From the NCBI GenBank assembly GCA_964354285.1, contig CAYGYR010000003.1, positions 30,902 to 94,901 on the forward strand: a stretch of 64,000 nt of DNA. Reading direction: 5' to 3'. The position numbers were made by a program, and so were the translations under genes. Shown in pieces: positions 56,858 through 64,000 of the stretch. Source of the stretch: an uncultured Methanosarcinales archaeon. GTDB taxonomy: Archaea > Nanobdellota > Nanobdellia > Woesearchaeales > ARS49. Every line of letters starts with the position of its first letter. The first letter of the stretch is position 1. The notes beneath the pieces are model-generated. The model saw only the letters and a list, made by a program, of their open reading frames with translations, had not been told where the DNA came from and ran no database searches.

Positions 56858-57274
56858 ATGGAACAGTCAAAAGCAATCCCATTAGTAATTCTAGGCATTA
56901 TTGCGTTGATAGCAATAATTGGTATTGTGTTAATGTTCAAGATGTCTGCAACAGGCGGAGCTGTCAGCGGAATAACAACTTGGGGAAGGGCAATCGCAAA
57001 GAGCGGCGGAAGAGCATACAACCCTTACGCACCGACCTGGGGAAAAGCAATCGCAGGCGTAGAGGCATTCAAAGTTGGCACCATCCTAGGACAGGCTTGC
57101 TTGGTTGTTGACAAGAGCCAGGCAGAGAAAGGAATCATTCCTATTGAAGCATTTAATGACCTGACAACAGGAAAATGCTATCCTTACTTCACTGGATTTG
57201 AGCAAAATGCAGACAGTGTCTGCTGCTTGGAATCATATATACAGTCAATGGTTCCGAGATACAATGTTATTTGA
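56858..57274 (+). CDS. pilin-like Cys-rich small protein, paralog 4
   Basis: MEQSKAIPLVILGIIALIAIIGIVLMF; C-terminal C..C..CC. Confidence 0.8.
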   Translation: MEQSKAIPLVILGIIALIAIIGIVLMFKMSATGGAVSGITTWGRAIAKSGGRAYNPYAPTWGKAIAGVEAFKVGTILGQACLVVDKSQAEKGIIPIEAFNDLTTGKCYPYFTGFEQNADSVCCLESYIQSMVPRYNVI

Positions 57275-57284
57275 GGTGAAAAAA

Positions 57285-57782
57285 ATGGAAGAAAAAACTA
57301 TTCTATTCGTAATGTTAGGAGCTGTTGTTCTCGTTGCAGTAATTGGATTTATCAGTGCAATGAATGCAGAAAACACAGGGATGGGAATATATGTACAGCC
57401 TGGCCAGTTCCAAAGGGGACTTGCAATCAGGTCAATTGGCTCTGGCTGGCAGGATTCAGTCAGCATGATTGACCAAGGCGGATTTGTAACAGCAGGCGAG
57501 AGCCAAATACCTACTGGATCAAAAAGAATGACCCCAAAAATTCCTGGAGCATACAGCTCATGCATGCCTAGAGATGAGAGCGGAAACTTCATATACGATG
57601 CAAAAGGAGTCATACTAGTTGGATGGGAAGTGCCTAATTACCTAGCAGACCAATCAAACGTATTAAGATGCGCAGTAAATTATTTCAAAGATGTAAGCTA
57701 TCAATACCCAGACAGCAAATGCTGCTGGAATTCGTATGAATCCAGACTTTCAGGAAGCACAGGAGCAGCATATAGAAGTTAG
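57285..57782 (+). CDS. pilin-like Cys-rich small protein, paralog 5
   Basis: The internal Met MEEKTILFVMLGAVVLVAVIG, preceded by GAGGTGA, is the more plausible start. C-terminal C..C..CC. Confidence 0.75.
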   Translation: MEEKTILFVMLGAVVLVAVIGFISAMNAENTGMGIYVQPGQFQRGLAIRSIGSGWQDSVSMIDQGGFVTAGESQIPTGSKRMTPKIPGAYSSCMPRDESGNFIYDAKGVILVGWEVPNYLADQSNVLRCAVNYFKDVSYQYPDSKCCWNSYESRLSGSTGAAYRS

Positions 57783-57840
57783 AAAAATTTAAATACTAAA
57801 AATAAAAACAATCAATAAGACCAAACGAGGTGAATTACAT

Positions 57841-58245
57841 ATGGAAGAAAAGAAAGGACTTGCTTTAGTGATTCTCGGCATAGTTGCAGTTCTTGCAGTC
57901 GTTGGATTAGTACTGCTGTTTAAGTCAGCATTAACAGGAGGATACAGCGTATCTTCAACACTGTATGGATCACCAAAGACGTACATTGGAACAGGACAGG
58001 CACAGAGGCTTGAAGGCAGCTGGGTTACAGGAGTTCCTGAATACAATGACCCGCAAAGCCAGGGGCCTATGGAAGTGCAGTATGCAGGATATTGGTGGCC
58101 TAGCCCGACATATCCAGCACAAGTAAGCCCATCTGTACAAAGACAAACATCTTGGCAGACAGCTCCTTGCTATCCAGGACAGCCAGCTGAAAGGCCTGAG
58201 TGGGTAGAGTGGTGGGCTGGAGACACGCCTTGCCGCATGGGTTAA
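57841..58245 (+). CDS. pilin-like Cys-rich small protein, paralog 6
   Basis: MEEKKG|LALVILGIVAVLAVVGLVLLF; two Cys (C..C) in a Trp/Pro-rich tail. Confidence 0.75.
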   Translation: MEEKKGLALVILGIVAVLAVVGLVLLFKSALTGGYSVSSTLYGSPKTYIGTGQAQRLEGSWVTGVPEYNDPQSQGPMEVQYAGYWWPSPTYPAQVSPSVQRQTSWQTAPCYPGQPAERPEWVEWWAGDTPCRMG

Positions 58246-58291
58246 AAATTTTTAATTTATTTTTTTTAACTAATTTTTTTAGGTGATGCTA

Positions 58292-58657
58292 ATGGAAAAT
58301 AAGGATATTTCAATGGTAATTCTAGGAGTCGTTTCAATTATTGCAGTTGTTGGGCTTGTTTTGCTGTTCAAGACAGCATTTAGCGGCGGAGCAGTCCACG
58401 GAGCTGGAATTTATGCGCAGGTCAAAGGAGACTTGTATGGAGGCGGATTTCCTGTTTATAGCAACAATTGCGAAACTCTTTATGGCAAAGGCTATATTTT
58501 CACACAGGGGCCTAGACATTTTGACTGGACATGCAAGCCAGGATTGAGGACAGAGACTTGGAAATGGAGAGCGCCTGGGCTAGATCCTTGGTTCAATAAT
58601 CCCCAGTATTATGAGACAGAGGGGTATTGCTGCCCAATTGGTGCAGGATTTCAGTAA
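58292..58657 (+). CDS. pilin-like Cys-rich small protein, paralog 7
   Basis: MENKDISMVILGVVSIIAVVGLVLLF; C-terminal C..C..CC. The stop overlaps the next start (TAATG). Confidence 0.75.
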   Translation: MENKDISMVILGVVSIIAVVGLVLLFKTAFSGGAVHGAGIYAQVKGDLYGGGFPVYSNNCETLYGKGYIFTQGPRHFDWTCKPGLRTETWKWRAPGLDPWFNNPQYYETEGYCCPIGAGFQ

Positions 58658-59037
58658 TGGCAGGCAATAAAGAAACATTACTTTTAGCTGTGGTTGCATT
58701 ATTTGCAGTCATAGGCGTTATTCTTATGCTCAAGTTCTCTTCTACTGGCCTTGGCATGTATGGCGGAAGCCTTTATCCTGGCAGGGCAGTTGAAAAAATT
58801 GCAGAAGAAAGGTTCTTTAAAGGCGGAAACCCTGAGGGTGTTGTTGTTGAGACACAAACCCGCGGCGGCTACAGGCAATATATGGGCATGTATGAGTGCC
58901 CTGAGAATTACAGGCCAACCAGCAAGTCTCAATACCTAGGTAAGTTTGAGTACTATAAAGATATCTGCGTGCCAACATTATATCCAGACGCGTATCCTGG
59001 CATTGTTTGCTGCCCATCAACATTTTCTAGAAGGTAA
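58657..59037 (+). CDS. pilin-like Cys-rich small protein, paralog 8
   Basis: MAGNKETLLLAVVALFAVIGVILML; C-terminal C..C..CC. Confidence 0.75.
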   Translation: MAGNKETLLLAVVALFAVIGVILMLKFSSTGLGMYGGSLYPGRAVEKIAEERFFKGGNPEGVVVETQTRGGYRQYMGMYECPENYRPTSKSQYLGKFEYYKDICVPTLYPDAYPGIVCCPSTFSRR

Positions 59038-59535
59038 TTATTCAACAAGGATTATTGCATACAGAGGTATCTCTCCTTCTTTTGGCTGCGCAACATTCTT
59101 CTTGAATTTTCGGACAGTTGCTAGAATATCAATTCCCATCAGCTCAAAAGAAGGCCTTTTTAGTATTGCAGGGTTTTTCTCAGCATTGCTGCAGAAATCG
59201 CACTGGCCATTAACAAGTGCGAGCGCCTTGTAATATCCTTTGTTGTAAAGCTCTTTTTCCATTGCAAGAACAGCTGCCTTGAAGTCCTCTGCTTTCTTGC
59301 CAATAACAAGCACTGCCTTGCTGTATTCGCCAAGCAGTTTTTTTGTTTGCTCAGGGCTTATCATATGGCTGCAGCTGCCTGAATTGTTGTATTTGTATTT
59401 CATGCTGACCCAGTCATTCACGTAAATCTTAGAAGTATATATGGACAGGGCCTCATCTATGCCAAAACCCTTCCCAATTGCCAGCACTATTTCCATCTCT
59501 GCTGGAACACTATATCCCCCAAAGCGCATACGCAT
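59038..59535 (-). CDS. hypothetical protein
   Basis: 165 aa with no recognised motif. Confidence 0.45.
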   Translation of the reverse strand: MRMRFGGYSVPAEMEIVLAIGKGFGIDEALSIYTSKIYVNDWVSMKYKYNNSGSCSHMISPEQTKKLLGEYSKAVLVIGKKAEDFKAAVLAMEKELYNKGYYKALALVNGQCDFCSNAEKNPAILKRPSFELMGIDILATVRKFKKNVAQPKEGEIPLYAIILVE

Positions 59536-59623
59536 ACCTGCTTTAGTTCAGGCTTTTATATTTAAATATTGCTATATTGCAGAACAGATATACTTTTATA
59601 TCCCTGCTTAGTTCTTCAGAAGT

Positions 59624-60025
59624 ATGAAAAAAGAAAATAATAAAACAGGCGAGACAGATGGGGCTGAAGAACAAGAGGAAGTTAAAACCTGGGATACAGT
59701 GCTTGCTAATGAGCCTGAACCAAAGAAACCTGCAGAAGATGCCCCTCGGCAAGTCCCTGTGATAGTGCAGTTTGGGGAATTATCTCTTGGCGACAAGCTC
59801 AACAAGCTGTACCATGAGCTCAGAAGGGATGTGCGGTCTGATGACAACCTTCGGCACACAATCCAGAGCATAGGCAGTTCTATCGACCTTGGTCCAGGGC
59901 AGTATAAAACAGCAGCAGTGCTTCTGAAAAGCGCATACAGCCAAATAAAAATAGAAGCAGTTAAAGCAAAAGCAGCTGAGATGTATTCTTTGATAACTGG
60001 CGCTCCGATTGAGAAAAAAAGCTAA
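59624..60025 (+). CDS. hypothetical protein
   Basis: 133 aa. Confidence 0.4.
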   Translation: MKKENNKTGETDGAEEQEEVKTWDTVLANEPEPKKPAEDAPRQVPVIVQFGELSLGDKLNKLYHELRRDVRSDDNLRHTIQSIGSSIDLGPGQYKTAAVLLKSAYSQIKIEAVKAKAAEMYSLITGAPIEKKS

Positions 60026-61533
60026 AACAGCGCTGTTCCCATTTCTTTTGGCTTTTTAATCCCTATCAGCTTCAGGATAGTTGGGGCAACATCACCTAGC
60101 TTTCCGTTCCTCAATTTTTGTATTTTTAAAAAATTGAGGCCAGCAGAAACTTTGTTTCTGCGCTGTCTTAGTTTCTCTTTTTTTCCAATTAAAATAAAGG
60201 GAACATCATTTAACGTATGGCTTGTCTTCCATTTGCCGAGCATTTCTTCGCAGTTGCCATGGTCTGCTGTAACAATGCACGCTCCGCCTAAATCAATGGT
60301 TTTTTTCACGATTTGGCCAATGCACGCATCTGTTGCCTCTACTGCTTTTATTGCAGCAGTAAGATCTCCTGTATGCCCTACCATGTCTGGATTTGCAAAG
60401 TTTACAACAACAAAATCATACTTATGCATGTATTCCATGACATTTTTAGTTAGTGCTATTGCTGACATTCTTGGAGTTGAATCATAAGTTGCCACTTTTG
60501 GGCTGGGAATTATTTTTCTGTCCTCCCCTTTGAATGCTTTCTCTACCCCGCCATTAAAGAAATAAGTGACATGGGCATATTTTTCAGTCTCTGCAATATG
60601 AAATTGTTTTAGCCCATGCATGCTCAGCACTTCTGCAATCACGTTTTTCAGTTTTGGCTTTTCAAAGGCAACTGGAAGATTGAATTTTTGGTCATATTCG
60701 TACATGCACACAAAACTTGTCTTTTTGTTCTTGCCAAATTTTCCTTTTGCAAGGGCCATTGTTATCTGCCTTGCCCTGTCTTCCCTGAAATTATAGAAAA
60801 TAAATCCATCTCCCTCTTTTATCCCTGTATAGCCGTCAATAATTGTTGGCAGGATAAATTCATCTCTTTCTCCGCGAGCATATGCTTTTTTTACAGCTTC
60901 CTCAGCGGTTTTTGCCCTAAGCCCATTTTCTGCAGTCATTGCTTCGTATGCTTTTTTTGCCCTATCCCATCTTTTGTCCCTGTCCATTGCGTAATATCTT
61001 CCTATGATTGTTGCGATTTGCTCATCATGCATTTCCTTCCTTAGCTGCTTGATGTATTTTAATGCAGATTTCTGCGGAGTGTCTCTTCCGTCTGTGAATA
61101 CATGGATTAGTGCAGGAAGTTTGAGTTTTCTTGCGAGTTTCATCAGAGCGAATAAGTGGCTTGTGTGAGAATGAACACCAGCATCACTCAAAAGCCCAAG
61201 AAGATGCAATCTTCCGGCATTTTTCTTAATCTTTTTCATCATTGAAATCAGAACTTTGTTCCTGAAGAAGCTTCCATTTGCTATTGATTCATTTATTCTC
61301 GTGACTTCCTGCTTGACTAATCTTCCTGCTCCAAGATTTAGATGGCCGACTTCTGAGTTGCCCATGAATCCTTTTGGAAGGCCGACTGCTTCCTGCGATG
61401 CTTTTAGAACACAGTGGGGATTTTCTTTCCAGAACTTATTGAAGTTTGGTGTCTTTGCAAGCTTGACAGCATTTCCTTTCCTGCTCTGCCGTATTCCCCA
61501 GCCGTCAAGTATGATTAAGACAAAAGGTTTCAT
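60022..61533 (-). CDS. gpmI: 2,3-bisphosphoglycerate-independent phosphoglycerate mutase
   Basis: 503 aa. ILDGWG and NSEVGHLNLGAGR motifs, with homology along the full length to the iPGM family. Confidence 0.9.
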   Translation of the reverse strand: MKPFVLIILDGWGIRQSRKGNAVKLAKTPNFNKFWKENPHCVLKASQEAVGLPKGFMGNSEVGHLNLGAGRLVKQEVTRINESIANGSFFRNKVLISMMKKIKKNAGRLHLLGLLSDAGVHSHTSHLFALMKLARKLKLPALIHVFTDGRDTPQKSALKYIKQLRKEMHDEQIATIIGRYYAMDRDKRWDRAKKAYEAMTAENGLRAKTAEEAVKKAYARGERDEFILPTIIDGYTGIKEGDGFIFYNFREDRARQITMALAKGKFGKNKKTSFVCMYEYDQKFNLPVAFEKPKLKNVIAEVLSMHGLKQFHIAETEKYAHVTYFFNGGVEKAFKGEDRKIIPSPKVATYDSTPRMSAIALTKNVMEYMHKYDFVVVNFANPDMVGHTGDLTAAIKAVEATDACIGQIVKKTIDLGGACIVTADHGNCEEMLGKWKTSHTLNDVPFILIGKKEKLRQRRNKVSAGLNFLKIQKLRNGKLGDVAPTILKLIGIKKPKEMGTALF

Positions 61534-61537
61534 GTGC

Positions 61538-62416
61538 TTATTTCAGTGCATCTGCAATTGTTCCAGAAACATCAATTTTGGATACAGGATTCTCAATTGT
61601 GTTTGTTGTTATGACTTTTACGCCAAGCTTCTGCAGTTTTTTTAGTGCTCCCTCAACAAGTAAGCCGTGGACTCCTATGCAGTACATGTTTTTTGCGCCC
61701 ATTTTCTTTATCTGCCTGATTGGCTCTATCATTGTGTGGCCTGTGCTTATTATGTCATCAACAATAATCACGTTTTTCCCTTTGAACCCTGTTCCTGGCT
61801 TCACTTTTATCCTCACAACATCTGCTGCATATCTCTTTTTCTTGAGGACTGTTGCGTGCATCTTAATTTTTTCTGCTATTTTTTCTGCCCACTGATAGCT
61901 CTCTATGTCTGGCCCAACTATTGTTGCATTGTGGCTTATTTTCTTCTTGATGTATTCAGCTATTGCCTCATTTGCAGATAGCCTTGTTGCATTTATTTTG
62001 AAAATGTCTTTAAGGCTTTTTATCCTGTGAATATGCGGGTCCAGTGTTATTACTCTGTCTGCGCAGCTCAGAAGCTTTGCCATTATCTTGTTTGACTGGC
62101 ACTCTCCTGGATGGAATCTTTTGTCCTGCCTCATGTATGCAAGGTAAGGAGCAACAATGGTTACTGTTTTTGCGCCAAGCTCTTTTGCTGTGTTTGCTGC
62201 AAATATCAATTCTATCATGCTGTTGTTTGGCTCTGGATGCATGCTGTTGACAATCACAACATCTTTTCCTTTAGGGTCAAACATGTATCTCAGGCAGATT
62301 TCTCCGTCTGGAAAGTTCTTTGCATTGAGTTCAGAATAAGGAGCGTTTAGTTTTTTTGCTATTCTTTTAGCTAATTCTCTTGAGTTTGTTCCGCCAACAA
62401 TAATCTTAGCCATCAC
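61538..62416 (-). CDS. prs: ribose-phosphate pyrophosphokinase
   Basis: PRPP-binding motif VIIVDDIISTGHTM. Confidence 0.9.
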   Translation of the reverse strand: MMAKIIVGGTNSRELAKRIAKKLNAPYSELNAKNFPDGEICLRYMFDPKGKDVVIVNSMHPEPNNSMIELIFAANTAKELGAKTVTIVAPYLAYMRQDKRFHPGECQSNKIMAKLLSCADRVITLDPHIHRIKSLKDIFKINATRLSANEAIAEYIKKKISHNATIVGPDIESYQWAEKIAEKIKMHATVLKKKRYAADVVRIKVKPGTGFKGKNVIIVDDIISTGHTMIEPIRQIKKMGAKNMYCIGVHGLLVEGALKKLQKLGVKVITTNTIENPVSKIDVSGTIADALK

Positions 62417-62417
62417 A

Positions 62418-63683
62418 TCACCACTTGATTGTTTTTCCTGCGTATTTTACGTTCCTGCCAAGCTCTTCTTCTATTCTAAGCAGTTGGTTGTATTTTGCAA
62501 GCCTCTCTCCTCTGCATGGCGCTCCTGCTTTTATCTGTCCGCAACCGAGGCCGACTGCAAGGTCTGCTATGAAGCTGTCGTTTGTTTCTCCGCTTCTGTG
62601 CGAGACCATGACATTCCATTTGTTGTTCATCGCGAGCTTTGCTGCGTCAAGTGCTTCTGTTATTGTTCCTATCTGGTTTATTTTCAGCAGCAGGGCATTG
62701 CAGCTGTCCATGACAATTGCTTTCTGTATTCTTTCTGGGTTTGTGCACAAGAGGTCATCTCCGACAATCTGCACTCCTTTTATTTTCTTTGTGAGTTTTG
62801 CAAAACAGTCAAAATCATCTTCTGCAAAGGGGTCTTCTATTGACACTAATGGATACGCGTCTGCGAGCTCCAGGTATTTTTCTATCAGTTCATTTGATGT
62901 GAGCTCCTGGCCTTCTAGATAGTATTTTCCGCCTCTGTTGAATGTCGATGCAGCAGCGTCTATGCCGAGCTTTATTTTCTTGAAGTATCCGAGCTTTTCC
63001 ACAGCATCCATTATGTAGTCAAATGGCTCTTCAAAGCAGTTTAGTGGCGGTGCAAATCCGCCTTCATCTCCGATATTAACAGATGATTTTCCAAAATCTT
63101 TTGCGAGCAGTTCTTTTAGTTTTTGATAGACTTCAGAGCCTATCTGCAGTGCTTCGCTGAAATTTTTTGCTCCTGTTGGAAGAAGCATGTATTCTTGTAT
63201 TTCAAGCTGGTTTCCTGCGTGCTTTCCTCCGTTTATTATGTTAAATGCAGGAATAGGCATCAGCATTTTTTTATTGCCAAACAGGTTTCCTATGTGCTGG
63301 TATAGTGGTATTCCTTTTTCAAGTGCAGCTGCCTTGCAGGCTGCCATGCTTACAGAGAGTATTGCATTTGCGCCTAAGTTTTCTTTGTTGTATGTTCCGT
63401 CAAGTTTTTTCAGGAAAGTATCTATTTCTTCCTGGTCAAGTGTTTTTCCGGTGAGTTTTTTTGCGATTATCTTGTTTACGTTATTTACTGCCTTGCTAAC
63501 TCCTTTTCCAAGAAATCTTTGCCCGCCATCCCTTAGCTCTAATGCCTCATGGACTCCTGTTGATGCTCCTGATGGGACGCTCGCGCAGGAAATGCCTTTT
63601 TTTGTTGTTATTTCAGTTTCAACAGTCGGGTTTCCCCTAGAATCAAGTATCTCTCTTGCGAATATCTTCAGGATTTTCAACAT
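62418..63683 (-). CDS. eno: enolase
   Basis: SHRSGETNDSFIADLAVG and homology along the full enolase length. Confidence 0.95.
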   Translation of the reverse strand: MLKILKIFAREILDSRGNPTVETEITTKKGISCASVPSGASTGVHEALELRDGGQRFLGKGVSKAVNNVNKIIAKKLTGKTLDQEEIDTFLKKLDGTYNKENLGANAILSVSMAACKAAALEKGIPLYQHIGNLFGNKKMLMPIPAFNIINGGKHAGNQLEIQEYMLLPTGAKNFSEALQIGSEVYQKLKELLAKDFGKSSVNIGDEGGFAPPLNCFEEPFDYIMDAVEKLGYFKKIKLGIDAAASTFNRGGKYYLEGQELTSNELIEKYLELADAYPLVSIEDPFAEDDFDCFAKLTKKIKGVQIVGDDLLCTNPERIQKAIVMDSCNALLLKINQIGTITEALDAAKLAMNNKWNVMVSHRSGETNDSFIADLAVGLGCGQIKAGAPCRGERLAKYNQLLRIEEELGRNVKYAGKTIKW

Positions 63684-63744
63684 ATCACCTTTTTAGAACT
63701 TGGTTGGTATTATTGTTTTTAAATCTTGTGGTGAAGAAATATGT

Positions 63745-64000
63745 TTATCCTATATAACTAACATCCTTTCCGAACTTTCCTCTTAGCTTGGCAAGTGCTT
63801 TCTGTTGTGCAGCTGTTGCCTCTTTTGCTCTGCTTCCCAGCTCCTGCTCGAGGTCTTTTATTTCAGTGTCCATTGCATTTATGTTTACTTTGAGGCTGAG
63901 TTTTTTGTTGAGTATCCTTAGTATTTCTTTTGCACCTTTCACTCCGAGATACAGTGGATGGCCATATGTCTCTGCAAGCAGAGATACTGCAGGTATTTTT
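63745..64000 (-). CDS. Hypothetical protein, C-terminal part. The gene continues beyond the window end
   Basis: The minus-strand frame stays open upstream of the Met at 63942 (...AETYGHPLYLGVKGAKEILRILNKK...) to position 64000, so the true start is probably outside the window. Confidence 0.4.
   Translation of the reverse strand, partial: KIPAVSLLAETYGHPLYLGVKGAKEILRILNKKLSLKVNINAMDTEIKDLEQELGSRAKEATAAQQKALAKLRGKFGKDVSYIG

Noticed and set aside
58283-58291. GTG/ATG starts at 58283 and 58286 for paralog 7, and the TTG start at 55236 for paralog 2
   Set aside because: The AGGTGA or GAGGTGA Shine-Dalgarno spacing favours the downstream ATGs (58292 and 55239). The ORF track evidently allows alternative start codons.
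1-64000. CRISPR arrays and rRNA genes
   Set aside because: I scanned for regularly spaced short direct repeats and for rRNA-like conserved stretches and found none. The only tandem repeat (19831..20048) has units of about 96 bp with no spacers.

Overview
This window looks archaeal, about 40% GC, in the style of a DPANN (Woesearchaeota- or Pacearchaeota-like) genome. Three things point that way: a split RNA polymerase B subunit, an rpoH gene directly upstream of it, and tRNAs carrying introns. The conserved core is an operon rpoH-rpoB''-rpoB'-rpoA'-rpoA''-L30e-NusA-S12-S7 (20.3-29.5 kb), preceded by tRNA-Lys(TTT) with a non-canonical D-loop intron. Other core genes are tRNA-Tyr(GTA) with a canonical intron, TFB, DNA primase PriS, a class II (B12-dependent) ribonucleotide reductase next to a corrinoid adenosyltransferase, a ferredoxin, an Lrp regulator, an ABC-2 transporter, ribosomal proteins L37e and S8e, an Sm protein, and the glycolytic and PRPP block gpmI-prs-eno at the 3' end. 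Between these lie accessory regions. They include three large cell-surface repeat proteins (2.5-4.9 kb, 40.6-43.2 kb, 45.1-46.5 kb). They also include a tandem array of eight paralogous small cysteine-rich proteins with pilin-like N-termini (54.5-59.0 kb), each preceded by copies of the same TATA-box and Shine-Dalgarno module. A divergently transcribed pair of large nuclease-domain proteins sits next to an endonuclease III homologue (47.5-53.2 kb), and a 1035-residue protein (31.8-35.0 kb) has no motif I can place. A roughly 1.1 kb AT-shifted cassette is flanked by 57 bp direct repeats (11.46-12.65 kb). Several small repeat or ncRNA-like element families recur, and two copies of one family flank a surface-protein gene in inverted orientation. 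A STAS plus PP2C-phosphatase partner-switching pair is also present. No CRISPR array and no rRNA were seen. The minus-strand gene at 1-1575 and the minus-strand gene beginning near 63745 both run off the window, so the ORF track does not list them in full.
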